Source of the DNA: Pseudomonas aeruginosa
GTDB lineage: Bacteria; Pseudomonadota; Gammaproteobacteria; Pseudomonadales; Pseudomonadaceae
Reading direction: 5' to 3'
DNA length: 32,000 nt
Assembly (NCBI RefSeq): GCF_001457615.1
Contig: NZ_LN831024.1
Coordinates: 5,220,001 to 5,252,000, forward strand
The position numbers were made by a program, and so were the translations under genes. The notes beneath the pieces are model-generated. The model saw only the letters and a program-made list of their open reading frames with translations, searched no databases and was not told the origin of the DNA. Each line of letters opens with the position of its first letter. Positions within the stretch are counted from its first letter, which is position 1. This document shows positions 10,401 to 17,738 of this stretch, in pieces.

Positions 10401-11111
10401 GGCATCCTGCGGCTTGCGGGTAACCGGGTCGGTCACGGCGATGGACACCAGGCCATCGCCGTAGAGGTCGATGGTCGCGGCGTTGCCGGCGGCCATCGCC
10501 ACGGTGCCGAGACGGGCGTTGATCACGCCGTTGTTGGCCACGGACGGCGCGACGAAGGCCGCCAGGCCTTTCTCCGCGACGCTGATGCTGCCGTCGTTGA
10601 CGATCCGCGCGTCGGGGTTTCCGGGCTGGTCGAAGATCAGCTTGCCCTGGCGGAAGTGTTCGTCGCTGATGTTCGCCGTGGTGGTGATCAGGGAGCCCAC
10701 GTCTACCTTGGCCGAGCCGCTGAAGACCACGCCGTTGGAGTTGTAGATGATCACCTGGCCGGGCGCGGAGATGCGCCCGGCGATCACGCTTTCCTGGCCT
10801 GCGGTGACCCGGTTCAGGGTCGACGAGGTCACACCGGGCTGGTTGAAGCGCACCGCCTCGTCGGCGGAGACGTCGAAGCCCTTCCAGTTGATGATCGCGC
10901 GCTGGGTGCTCTGGTCGATCAGCGTGGTCTTGCCCTGCTGGCTGATCTTGATCTCGTTGGGGTTGAACTGGGCACCGGTAGGTGCCGCCATGGCCGCGTT
11001 GATGCTGGCGATGGCGAACATGAGGGTGCTGCTGGCGGCAAGGACGAAACGCCCTTCCCTACCAGCTTTCGAAGAGGTGCGCTTGCCGCGCTGGCTATCC
11101 GGACGGACCAT
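4404..11111 (-). CDS. cdrA: TpsA exoprotein / biofilm matrix adhesin with N-terminal TPS secretion domain, beta-helix region, 15 tandem MBG-type repeats and a C-terminal retention/processing module
   Basis: The track ORF begins at 11198. I prefer the ATG at 11111 (MVRPDSQRGKR..FVLAASSTLMFAIASINAAMA|AP) because GGGAG lies 7 nt upstream and a signal peptide follows, giving 2235 aa. TPS-domain hallmarks: FNPNEIKI...INWKGFDV...RFNQPG...LNRV...IIYNSNGVVF. RGD at 8049-8057. C-terminal TAAG and Cys pair. Paired with cdrB. Confidence 0.9.
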   Translation of the reverse strand: MVRPDSQRGKRTSSKAGREGRFVLAASSTLMFAIASINAAMAAPTGAQFNPNEIKISQQGKTTLIDQSTQRAIINWKGFDVSADEAVRFNQPGVTSSTLNRVTAGQESVIAGRISAPGQVIIYNSNGVVFSGSAKVDVGSLITTTANISDEHFRQGKLIFDQPGNPDARIVNDGSISVAEKGLAAFVAPSVANNGVINARLGTVAMAAGNAATIDLYGDGLVSIAVTDPVTRKPQDAQALVSNGGAIQADGGSVLITAEQASRVVDNAVNLSGVILARGTEVREGSVALVSKSGDIQVAGKIDVSGPKSGGDVLVSGQQVALASTASIDARGAAQGGSVRIGGDFQGRGELPRAKNATLAKGASIDVSATGKGNGGLAVVWSDGNTRMDGRILARGGAQGGNGGLVETSGKVNLSIADSAYVSVAAPYGNGGTWLLDPTTLRIVASGGTSGSVGGANGASGDATVNASVVTGALAGGKVTLSASDRLSVEAPLITSNLGGASRGLELIATGPAGAVDISAPILFRNGSLAIRAGGNISFLSGGTPQTSGIVDLGSGTLWMQTSTAGKISQQAGTALIAANLAGRAGSIDLASWDNYAGNLALQTFNGTLKYRQSNATGVTTSGTVFDPFINQSMTGTAQNIVSSVGTRILEANSVGTTGNYTLTADGNSEFDRLVFTALPYRRVSGSASFPTNDSSDYLVTNLRYQVNGSNVTATPNGGAPSGFTVAAGNGSVTTWTGNWGTSWGVKGFGGVIGVTDELQYDVGTGLTEELIFGLGGKTSRVDTRLDLFMREGAFNSFAERAQVEMFKTTTTAGDILSRQQTATLTANDATRVYGDVNPTLTATMSGINAIDAYVNSQFNDLYQATASTTATQASNVGQYAITGNANGSEYFSQRYQLVRQDGKLTVTPAQLIVSADAKTKVYGDADPTLTYQVSGLKNSDTAAGVLSGNLGRVAGENVGNYGILQGGLGLNTANYTLSYVGNDLRITPAQLNVIADAKTKVYGDLDPALTYQVSGLKRGDTAGAVLNGGSLSRVAGENVGVYGINQGGLGLVSSNYTLNYQGNNLTITKALLNVIADAKTKVYGDADPALTYQVSGLKNGDTAGAVLNGGSLSRVAGENVGVYGINQGGLGLLSANYDLSYQGNNLTITKALLNVIADAKTKVYGDADPSLTYQVSGLKNGDTAGAVLNGGSLSRVAGENVGVYGINQGDLALNSGNYDLSYQGNNLTITKALLNVIADAKTKVYGDADPSLTYQVSGLKNGDTAGAVLNGGGLVRVSGENVGNYAIQQGGLGLVSGNYDLAYQGNNLTITKALLNVIADAKTKVYGDADPSLTYQVSGLKNGDTAGAVLNGGSLSRVAGENVGVYGINQGDLALNSGNYDLSYQGNNLTITKALLNVIADAKTKVYGDADPSLTYQVSGLKNGDTAGAVLNGGGLSRVAGENVGVYGINQGDLALNSGNYDLSYQGNNLTITKALLNVIADAKTKVYGDADPSLTYQVSGLKNGDTAGAVLNGGGLVRVSGENVGNYAIQQGGLGLVSGNYDLAYQGNNLTITKALLNVIADGKTKVYGDADPSLTYQVSGLKNGDSAGSILTGGLNRAAGENVGVYGINQGDLALNSGNYDLSYQGNNLTITKALLNVIADAKTKVYGDADPSLTYQVSGLKNGDTAGAVLNGGGLVRVSGENVGNYAIQQGGLGLVSGNYDLAYQGNNLTITKALLNVIADAKTKVYGDADPSLTYQVSGLKNGDSAGSILTGGLNRAAGENVGVYGINQGDLALNSGNYDLSYQGNNLTITKALLNVIADAKTKVYGDADPSLTYQVSGLKNGDSAGSILTGGLNRAAGENVGVYGINQGDLALNSGNYDLSYQGNNLTITKALLNVIADGKTKVYGDADPSLTYQVSGLKNGDTAGAVLNGGSLSRVAGENVGVYGINQGGLGLVSGNYDLAYQGNNLTITKALLNVIADGKTKVYGDADPSLTYQVSGLKNGDSAGSILTGGLNRDAGENVGVYGINQGGLVLTSGNYDLAYQGNDLTITKALLNVFADAKSKQVGTADPALTYQVSGLKNGDSAGQVLAGGLGRVGGEAVGQYDILQGGLALTSGNYQLNYQGNLLSILPLPVTPGDLGQLAALSDLRELQKGRDPDTPGDAVYRTTTLENPFLENPFLRAYALGMDVSDPNLLPATAAGPAEDASAKRVGQFTDRPLRAEAESGAGCSNQSYLADYWSCFNKPLNF
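4548..4559 (-). other. TAAG motif (LapG-type periplasmic protease cleavage site) in CdrA C-terminal tail
   Basis: The complement of 4548-4559 reads ACC GCC GCG GGT = T-A-A-G, in the context LLPATAAGPAEDA. Two Cys codons lie downstream at 4464-4466 and 4428-4430 (GAGCSNQSYLADYWSCF). Confidence 0.6.
4773..8399 (-). repeat. Tandem in-frame array of 15 units of 240/243 bp (80/81 aa) inside cdrA; units spanning 5013-7916 are near-identical
   Basis: Thirteen units start with LTITKALLNV(I/F)AD.K(T/S)K..G.ADP.LTYQVSGLKNGD. Two upstream units start with LTVTPAQLIV and LRITPAQLNV. I verified unit boundaries at 5012 and 8399. Example period: GATCACAT at 5943 and 6186, 243 bp apart. Confidence 0.95.
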
Positions 11112-11162
11112 GAAAATCTCCCTATCTGCGTGGCGCACGTCAGTTTTCCAGCACTGCATTTC

Positions 11163-11176
11163 GTCAGTTAAATGAC
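11163..11176. promoter_or_regulatory. Candidate FleQ box in cdrA promoter/5' UTR
   Basis: GTCAGTTAAATGAC (GTCATTTAACTGAC on the cdrA sense strand). It matches 11 of 13 specified positions of the remembered FleQ consensus GTCaNTAAAtTGAC, with both GTCA/TGAC half-sites perfect. It lies 52-65 nt upstream of the cdrA ATG. Confidence 0.45.
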
Positions 11177-11314
11177 GAAAATCTGAGAAGCAATTCACAT
11201 TGCGCCTTGTGTGCCAAAAAAATGCCTTTCAGATCAAAAATTGTCCACTTGAAAGGGCGACCGTTCGTCGGAGTGACTCAAAAATGACACTACCGAGGTT
11301 AAATATGTAATACC

Positions 11315-11328
11315 GTCAAAAAACCGAC
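11315..11328. promoter_or_regulatory. Second, weaker FleQ-box-like site
   Basis: GTCAAAAAACCGAC. The GTCA and GAC ends and the A-rich centre are conserved, with 3 mismatches to the consensus. It sits in the AT-rich part of the cdrA-hprA intergenic region. Confidence 0.25.
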
Positions 11329-11431
11329 AATACTTTCGGGATAATCACTGTCAAGAAAACCGGAAGACCTCCCTGGCACGCGGGTTTGCTAGGCTAGGCA
11401 GCCCCCGTCCGCTGCCGCCAAGGAACCGTCC

Positions 11432-12403
11432 ATGAGCCATGCCCTGCGCGCCGTTTTCCTCGACCATGCCTCCCTCGACCTCGGCGACCTGGACATGCGC
11501 CCCCTGCGCGCCGCCTTCGACGAGCTGCAACTGCATGCCGCCAGCCAACCGCAGGAAGTCGCCGCGCGGCTGCACGGTGCGCGGGTCGCGATCAGCAACA
11601 AGGCGCCGATCGACGCGCAATGCATCGCCGCCTGCCCAGAGCTGGAACTGATCCTGGTCAGCGCTACCGGCACCAACAACATCGATCTCGCTGCCGCTCG
11701 CGAGCGCGGTATCGTCGTCGCCAACTGCCATGGCTACGGCACGCCCTCGGTAGCCCAGCACACCCTCGCGCTGCTACTGGCCCTGGCTACGCGCCTGCCG
11801 GACTACCAGCAGGCGGTACGCAGCGGCCGCTGGCAGCAATCCAGCCAGTTCTGCCTGCTGGACTTCCCCATCGTCGAACTGGAAGGCAAGACCCTCGGCC
11901 TGCTCGGCCATGGCGAACTGGGCGGGGCGGTGGCGCGGCTGGCGGAGGCGTTCGGCATGCGCGTGCTGCTCGGTCAGTTGCCAGGACGGCCCGCCCGGGC
12001 GGACCGCCTGCCGCTTGGCGAACTCCTGCCACGGGTCGACGCCCTGACCCTGCACTGCCCGCTGACCGAGGACACCCGCGGGATGCTCGGCGCCGCCGAA
12101 CTGGCGCTGATGAAGCCTGGCGCCTTCCTGGTCAATACCGCCCGTGGCGGCCTGGTCGACGAACAGGCGCTGGCCGACGCCCTGCGCGGCGGCCACCTGG
12201 GCGGCGCCGCCACCGACGTGCTCAGCGTCGAGCCGCCGAGAAACGGCAATCCGCTGCTGGCCCCCGACATCCCGCGCCTGATCGTCACCCCCCATAACGC
12301 CTGGGGCAGTCGCGAGGCGCGGCAGCGCATCGTCGGCCAACTGGCGGAAAACGCAGAGGCATGGAAGGCCGGGCGCGCCCTGCGGGTAGTCAACGCCGGC
12401 TGA
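11432..12403 (+). CDS. hprA: D-isomer-specific 2-hydroxyacid dehydrogenase (glycerate dehydrogenase/hydroxypyruvate reductase)
   Basis: 323 aa. NAD-binding [23 protein letters not shown]. Catalytic-region motifs [10 protein letters not shown] and [15 protein letters not shown] Shine-Dalgarno 6 nt upstream. Confidence 0.85.
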   Translation: MSHALRAVFLDHASLDLGDLDMRPLRAAFDELQLHAASQPQEVAARLHGARVAISNKAPIDAQCIAACPELELILVSATGTNNIDLAAARERGIVVANCHGYGTPSVAQHTLALLLALATRLPDYQQAVRSGRWQQSSQFCLLDFPIVELEGKTLGLLGHGELGGAVARLAEAFGMRVLLGQLPGRPARADRLPLGELLPRVDALTLHCPLTEDTRGMLGAAELALMKPGAFLVNTARGGLVDEQALADALRGGHLGGAATDVLSVEPPRNGNPLLAPDIPRLIVTPHNAWGSREARQRIVGQLAENAEAWKAGRALRVVNAG

Positions 12404-12512
12404 TACGGCGCTGCGGGCACCGCGCACGGATGAACGGCGATCCTCGCCGACAATCCATGCGGGTATGCCAGGCCCAAGCCTGTTAAGATTTCCCATTTTT
12501 TCCGGAGCCCGC

Positions 12513-13511
12513 ATGGACCCTCGCAGTGAAGTGCTGCTGCGCCAGCGCCACCTCTTCGCGACCCCGCTGCTGCTGGCCGGCCTGCCCGCCGACGACCTGC
12601 TCGCCGAGCTACCGCAGGCCCAGGGCTGGAGCTGGCACGCCGGCGAGCAGGCGCAGTTGGACGCCCGCTTCCCCGGCCGTAGCCGTTTCGACACGCGCGC
12701 GCCGACTGGCGCCTGGACTTCGGCCGTTCTGTTCCTGCCCAAGTCCCGCGAACTGACCGACTACCTGCTGGCCAGCCTGGCCGCCCGCCTGCCCGGCGGC
12801 GAACTCTTCCTGGTCGGCGAAAAGCGCGGCGGGATCGAGCGCGCGAGCAAGCAGTTGGCCGCCTACGGCAAGCCCCGCAAACTGGATAGCGCGCGGCATT
12901 GCCAGCTCTGGCAGGTGCGTATCGAACAGGCGCCGGCCGAACCCGACCTGCACGCCCTGGCCCAGCGCTACAGCCTGCCGCTGGCCGATGGCGAGCTGCA
13001 GGTGGTGAGCCTGCCGGGGGTGTTCAGCCATGGCCGCCTGGATCGCGGCAGCGCGCTGCTGCTGGGGCAACTGCAAGCTCTGCCCGGCGGCCATCTGCTG
13101 GACTTCGGCTGCGGTGCCGGCGTACTCGGGGCGGCTCTCAAGCGTCGCTACCCCGCCAGTCGCCTGACTCTGCTCGACGTCGACGCCTTCGCTGTCGAGA
13201 GCAGCCGACTGACCCTCGCCGCCAACGGCCTGGACGGCGAAGTGATCGCCGCCGACGGCATCGACGGCGCGCCGCGCGAACTCGCCGCGATCGTCAGCAA
13301 CCCGCCCTTCCACCAGGGCGTGCACACCGACTACCAGGCCTCCGAGCGCCTGCTGCAACGCGCCGCCGAGCACCTGGCGCCGGGCGGCGAACTGCGCCTG
13401 GTCGCCAACAGCTTCCTGAAGTACCCGCCGTTGATCGAACGCCACCTCGGCCCCTGCCGGACACTCGCCGAAGGCGACGGTTTCCGCATCTACTCCGCCC
13501 GTCGCTCCTGA
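12513..13511 (+). CDS. rsmC: 16S rRNA (guanine-N2)-methyltransferase, RsmC-type
   Basis: The track ORF starts at 12465. I prefer the ATG at 12513 ([11 protein letters not shown]..) with GGAG 6 nt upstream, giving 332 aa. SAM-binding [12 protein letters not shown]. Catalytic motif [10 protein letters not shown]. Two-domain RsmC layout. Confidence 0.8.
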   Translation: MDPRSEVLLRQRHLFATPLLLAGLPADDLLAELPQAQGWSWHAGEQAQLDARFPGRSRFDTRAPTGAWTSAVLFLPKSRELTDYLLASLAARLPGGELFLVGEKRGGIERASKQLAAYGKPRKLDSARHCQLWQVRIEQAPAEPDLHALAQRYSLPLADGELQVVSLPGVFSHGRLDRGSALLLGQLQALPGGHLLDFGCGAGVLGAALKRRYPASRLTLLDVDAFAVESSRLTLAANGLDGEVIAADGIDGAPRELAAIVSNPPFHQGVHTDYQASERLLQRAAEHLAPGGELRLVANSFLKYPPLIERHLGPCRTLAEGDGFRIYSARRS

Positions 13512-13605
13512 TTTCTGCCTGGAACCCTGTGAATGAAGCTTTTCCTCTCCCTGCCCGCACGCCCGCAGCCAGACCCTTCCGTGGCCACCCGCCGGGAGGC
13601 CGCCG

Positions 13606-15069
13606 ATGACTGACCTGAACGCCAGCCAGGGCCAGCAATTGCGGCGGGTGCTCAAGCCGCGCCACCTGAACATGATCGCCATCGGCGGCTCCATCGGCAC
13701 CGGGCTGTTCGTCGCCTCCGGGGCCACCGTGGCCACCGCCGGGCCCGGCGGTGCGCTGCTTTCCTACGCACTGATCGGGCTGATGGTGTACTTCCTCATG
13801 ACCAGTCTCGGCGAGATGGCCGCCTACATGCCCGTTTCCGGCTCGTTCTGCACCTATGGCAGCCGGTTCGTCGAAGATGGCTTCGGTTTCGCCCTCGGCT
13901 GGAACTACTGGTACAACTGGGCGGTGACCATCGCCGCGGAACTGGTGGCGGCGCAACTGGTGATGAGTTTCTGGTTCCCCGAGGTGCCGGGCATCTACTG
14001 GAGCGCGATCTTCCTGGGCATCATGTTCGGCCTCAACGTGATTTCCGCGCGCGGCTTCGGCGAGAGCGAATTCTGGTTCGCCCTGATCAAGGTAGTCACG
14101 GTGGTGATCTTCATCGGCGTCGGCCTGGCGACCATCTTCGGCATCATGCATGGCGTGGAGTCGCCCGGCTTCAGCAACTTCACCATGGGCGACGCGCCCT
14201 TCGTCGGCGGCTTCCAGGCGATGGTCGGGGTGGCGATGATCGCCGGCTTCTCGTTCCAGGGCACCGAGTTGATCGGCATCGCCGCCGGTGAATCGGAAAA
14301 TCCGCGGAAGAACATCCCGATCGCCATTCGCCAGGTGTTCTGGCGCATCCTGATGTTCTACATCCTGGCGATCTTCGTGATCGGCATGCTGATTCCCTAC
14401 ACCGACCCGAACCTGCTGAAGAACGATGCCAGCGACATCAGCGTGTCGCCCTTCACCCTGCTCTTCGAGCGCGCCGGCTTCGCCGCGGCGGCCGGGGTGA
14501 TGAACGCGGTGATCCTCTCGGCGATCCTCTCCGCCGGCAACTCCGGCATGTACGCCTCGACCCGGATGCTCTACAACCTCGCCCTCGAGGGCAAGGCACC
14601 GCGCCTGTTCTCTCGTGTCTCGCGCAGCGGCGTGCCACGCAATGCGCTGTACGCCACTACCCTGGTCGGCGCCCTGTGCTTCCTCACTTCGGCCTTCGGC
14701 GACAGCACCGTCTACACATGGCTGCTGAACACCTCGGGCATGTGCGGCTTCATCGCCTGGCTGGGCATCGCCATCTCCCACTATCGCTTCCGCAAGGGCT
14801 ACCTGGCCCAGGGCGGCCGCCTGGAAGACCTGCCCTACCGGGCCAAGCTGTTCCCCTTCGGCCCGCTGTTCGCCTTCGCCCTGTGCATGGTCATCACCCT
14901 CGGGCAGAACTACCAGGCGCTGGTGGGCGAACGCATCGACTGGATCGGCCTCCTCGCCACCTACATCAGCCTGCCGCTGTTCCTGGCGATCTGGCTGGGA
15001 TACCGCTGGAAGAAGCGCGCACGCTTCGTTCGCTACCACGAAATGGACGTCAGCCCGACCAATACCTGA
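13606..15069 (+). CDS. lysP: APC-family basic amino-acid permease (lysine-specific permease)
   Basis: 487 aa, 12 TM. Signature LKPRHLNMIAIGGSIGTGLFVASG, plus FSFQGTELIGIAAGE. Confidence 0.85.
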   Translation: MTDLNASQGQQLRRVLKPRHLNMIAIGGSIGTGLFVASGATVATAGPGGALLSYALIGLMVYFLMTSLGEMAAYMPVSGSFCTYGSRFVEDGFGFALGWNYWYNWAVTIAAELVAAQLVMSFWFPEVPGIYWSAIFLGIMFGLNVISARGFGESEFWFALIKVVTVVIFIGVGLATIFGIMHGVESPGFSNFTMGDAPFVGGFQAMVGVAMIAGFSFQGTELIGIAAGESENPRKNIPIAIRQVFWRILMFYILAIFVIGMLIPYTDPNLLKNDASDISVSPFTLLFERAGFAAAAGVMNAVILSAILSAGNSGMYASTRMLYNLALEGKAPRLFSRVSRSGVPRNALYATTLVGALCFLTSAFGDSTVYTWLLNTSGMCGFIAWLGIAISHYRFRKGYLAQGGRLEDLPYRAKLFPFGPLFAFALCMVITLGQNYQALVGERIDWIGLLATYISLPLFLAIWLGYRWKKRARFVRYHEMDVSPTNT

Positions 15070-15176
15070 CTCACCCTGCCGCCCAGCGATTCCTCGCGGA
15101 TCGCTGCGGATGCCGGCACGTTTCCTTGCGATCAGGCTCCCTCGCCGCCCTCCCGGACGAAAGTTTCCGTCCCGGG

Positions 15177-15206
15177 CTTGCCCAAGCCGCCCGGCTTGGG
15201 CAGAAT
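15177..15206 (+). promoter_or_regulatory. Putative sigma70 promoter feeding the riboswitch
   Basis: TTGCCC (15177-15182), 18 bp, CAGAAT (15201-15206). The predicted TSS at ~15213 coincides with the 5' end of the predicted P1 helix. Confidence 0.3.
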
Positions 15207-15213
15207 GCGCCCC

Positions 15214-15347
15214 GTCCTAGGGGAGTAGTCTCCCGCGAGCGCCGCACCGGCCTCGCCCGGCACGCGTCAACACACTTGGTCCGCAGACCATGGCGCGCGC
15301 GACCCAAGCCTGCCCAGACAGGCCAAGGGTTTGACAAGACCTATGAC
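15214..15347 (+). promoter_or_regulatory. yybP-ykoY-type Mn2+ riboswitch aptamer in the leader of the UPF0016 transporter gene
   Basis: The conserved 5' element GGGGAGUAG (15220-15228) and 3' element UUUGACAAGACCU (15330-15342) closely match the remembered L. lactis/B. subtilis aptamer (..AAAGGGGAGUAGC.. / ..UUUAGCAAGACCUUUCC). A GUCAACACAC element (15266-15275) corresponds to the GUUGACAUAC loop. P1 pairs 15214-15221 with 15340-15347 (7 of 8 pairs). There are internal hairpins UGGUC/GACCA (15277-15290) and GCCUG/CAGGC (15308-15324). The downstream gene family is one known to be controlled by this riboswitch. Confidence 0.75.
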
Positions 15348-15421
15348 ACGCACGATCTGACCCGGGGCGGGCAGATGGCGCGTGTCATGGTGATTGGTCG
15401 ACCCGCCCCTTAGGAAGCCTG

Positions 15422-16000
15422 ATGGAATCGCTGTTCGTCCCTACCCTCATCGTTGCCCTCGCGGAAATCGGCGACAAGACCCAGTTGCTGGCACTCCTGC
15501 TCGCGGCGCGTTTCCGCAAGCCGTGGCCGATCATCGCCGGCATCGTCGCCGCCACCCTGGCCAACCATTTCGCTGCCGGCGCGGTGGGCGCCTGGGTCGC
15601 CAGCTTCTTCTCGGAAGCCACCCTCAGCTGGATCCTCGCCGCCTCCTTCATCGCCGTCGCCCTGTGGACACTGGTACCGGACAAGCTCGACGACGAAGAG
15701 TCCGGACTGAAGAAATACGGCCCCTTCCTCACCACCCTGATCGCGTTCTTCCTCGCCGAGATGGGCGACAAGACCCAGGTCGCCACGGTCATGCTGGCCG
15801 CCCAGTATCCGCATTTCTGGCTGGTGGTGATCGGCACCACCCTGGGCATGCTGATCGCCAACGTACCGGTGGTACTGATCGGCAACCTGGCCGCCGACAA
15901 GCTGCCGCTGACCCTGATCCGCCGCCTGGCCGCGGCCGCCTTCGCCGCACTTGGCCTGTACGCCGCCTGGCACGCCGCGCAATTGACCGGCTGGCTCTGA
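15422..16000 (+). CDS. UPF0016 / GDT1 (TMEM165) family divalent-cation (Mn2+/Ca2+) transporter, MneA-like
   Basis: 192 aa, 6 TM, with an internal duplication. Each half carries the family motif E-x-G-D-K-T: ALAEIGDKTQLLAL and FLAEMGDKTQVATV. AGGAAG Shine-Dalgarno lies 5 nt upstream. Confidence 0.85.
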   Translation: MESLFVPTLIVALAEIGDKTQLLALLLAARFRKPWPIIAGIVAATLANHFAAGAVGAWVASFFSEATLSWILAASFIAVALWTLVPDKLDDEESGLKKYGPFLTTLIAFFLAEMGDKTQVATVMLAAQYPHFWLVVIGTTLGMLIANVPVVLIGNLAADKLPLTLIRRLAAAAFAALGLYAAWHAAQLTGWL

Positions 16001-16116
16001 AGGACTGCGCCGCCGGGCCCGGGATGGCTGGGCGGCCAATGCAAAATGCATAGGAACGGCTACAGTTCAGGCAGGCACCGGATGCCTGCCCCACCACTCG
16101 CCCTCGAGAGCCGGAG

Positions 16117-16560
16117 ATGCCCTCACACGACCTGAAACGACTCGCCCGCCATCACATCGAGCTGTCCTGGAACAAGGGCCGCATGGCGTTGGTGGAGCAG
16201 TTGCACAGCAAGGATTTCCTCTACAAAAGCTCGTTCATCGGCCGTCCCCTGGATACCGCCGGCTATATCCGCCTGCTGCAGGACATCCGCACGGCGATGC
16301 CGGACCTGGAGGTCGTGGTCGAAGACTGCATCGGCGAGGAACGCAAGGTGTTCACCTGGAGCACGCTGATCGGCACCATCGTCCGGCCGACCCTGGGCTA
16401 TCCGGCCAGCGACAAGGTGCTGAGCATTTCCGCGATGGGCTTCTGGGTGTTCAACCCGCAGGGCCAGTTGCAGGAGCTGTGCACCATGTTCGACATGGAG
16501 AGCTTTCGCGCCCAGCTGGGACTGCAGACCCGACCCTTCGCGGAAAAAGCGCTGCCCTAG
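16117..16560 (+). CDS. SnoaL-like/ester-cyclase NTF2-fold protein (hypothetical)
   Basis: 147 aa. The N-terminus LARHHIELSWNKGRMALVEQLHSKDF and ..RTAMPDLEVVVEDCIGEERKVFTW are typical of SnoaL-like polyketide cyclase family proteins. GGAG is immediately upstream. Confidence 0.6.
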   Translation: MPSHDLKRLARHHIELSWNKGRMALVEQLHSKDFLYKSSFIGRPLDTAGYIRLLQDIRTAMPDLEVVVEDCIGEERKVFTWSTLIGTIVRPTLGYPASDKVLSISAMGFWVFNPQGQLQELCTMFDMESFRAQLGLQTRPFAEKALP

Positions 16561-16569
16561 CCAACCGTC

Positions 16570-17559
16570 CTAGGCATTGAAATAGCCGTTGTCGCGGAAC
16601 CAGTCGATGGCGCGCAGCAGGGTGTCGTCGAGGGCGGTGGTGGAGAAGAAGCCGAGTTCCTCGCGGGCCTTGCGTCCATCGAGGAACTGCCCGCCAGCCA
16701 TCACCTCGATGGCGGTTTCGTCGAGCAGCGGCAACTGGCCGCTGACCCGGTAGCGCAAGCGGCCCAGGGTGGCCAGCGCGCGAGCCATGGCCATCGACAT
16801 CGGCTGCGGCGCAGGCTGGCCGAGCAGCTCGGCGATGCGCCGGGTCAGGTCGGCCATTTCCAGGTTGTGCCCGGTCAGCAGGTAGCGCTCGCCGATACGC
16901 CCGCGCTCAAGGGCCATCAGCAGTCCGCGCCCGGCTTCGGCGGCATCGATGACGTTACGCTGGCCGGCGACGTAGTGGGTCATCTCGCCATTGCCGATGG
17001 CGGTGATCACGCGCCCGGTAGTCGGGCCGATGTCCAGTTCGCCGAGTACCATGCCGGGAATCCCGATCACCACCGGCAGGCCGTTGCGCGCCTGCTCCCG
17101 GGCCTGCTCGTCGAGCGCCCATTTGCACAGCACGTAGGAACTCTTGCCGCTCGGCAGGCTGTCGTAGAACAACCCCTCGTGGCCCGGTAGTCCCTGGGGA
17201 TGGCGGGGCATGGCATATGCCGAACCGACATAGAGGATGCGCGGCACCCTGGCCTGCAGGCAGGCGGCATAGAACGGGTTGGTCTGGCCCAGCGCGCTGG
17301 CCACTTCCTCCTGCCAGCGGCGCGGCCGCGAAGGATAGTAGCCGGCGCTGAAGATCACCCCGTCGAGGCCGCGCAGGGCGCGTTCCAGGCCGGCGTGGTC
17401 GAGCATCTCGGCGACCCGGCACTCGGGCTCCAGATAGGCGAGACGCTGGATCTGCGAAGAAGGACGGTGGATCAGCACCAGATCGTGACCGGCAGCCCTG
17501 ATGGCGCGCGCGGCGTGATGTCCCAGCAGGCCGGTGGCTCCGAGTACGGCGTATTTCAC
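16570..17559 (-). CDS. NAD-dependent epimerase/dehydratase family (extended SDR) protein
   Basis: The track ORF starts at a GTG at 17595. An in-frame GTG at 17559 (VKYAVLGATGLLGHH, Rossmann GxxGxxG at the N-terminus) is preceded by GGAG 5 nt upstream, so I prefer it (329 aa). Catalytic YxxxK is present as SYVLCK. Confidence 0.75.
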   Translation of the reverse strand: MKYAVLGATGLLGHHAARAIRAAGHDLVLIHRPSSQIQRLAYLEPECRVAEMLDHAGLERALRGLDGVIFSAGYYPSRPRRWQEEVASALGQTNPFYAACLQARVPRILYVGSAYAMPRHPQGLPGHEGLFYDSLPSGKSSYVLCKWALDEQAREQARNGLPVVIGIPGMVLGELDIGPTTGRVITAIGNGEMTHYVAGQRNVIDAAEAGRGLLMALERGRIGERYLLTGHNLEMADLTRRIAELLGQPAPQPMSMAMARALATLGRLRYRVSGQLPLLDETAIEVMAGGQFLDGRKAREELGFFSTTALDDTLLRAIDWFRDNGYFNA

Positions 17560-17738
17560 ATGAGCTCCAGGGCGTGAGAGTGGCTGTTCGTCCACGGGTC
17601 CCGCAAGCGGGTCGGCCAGCAGTCTAGGCCGAACACCGGCGAGATACCAAACAGCAGGTTACGGAAATACACAACAGGCGTTTCCGATGGTAAGCCTGTC
17701 GGCGCGCCGGCCGCCCCCCGCGACCGCGCGCCCTGGCC

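Noticed and set aside
4392-11171. A 2259-aa uninterrupted ORF on the plus strand, as long as cdrA itself
   Set aside because: It is exactly antisense to cdrA. Its first codon position lies opposite the GC-rich third position of cdrA, so T-initial stop codons are depleted. The translation is low-complexity (A/G/V/D/L/Q repeats) with no signal peptide, SD or recognisable domain. cdrA, in contrast, has TPS motifs, an RBS and a partner TpsB gene. It is a shadow ORF.
11374-11390. TGGCACGCGGGTTTGCT, which resembles a sigma54 -24/-12 promoter pointing toward hprA
   Set aside because: GG and GC are separated by 11 nt rather than the required 10. hprA is a housekeeping dehydrogenase with no enhancer-binding-protein context. 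I treat it as chance or non-functional, though it is mentioned alongside the cdrA-side motif.
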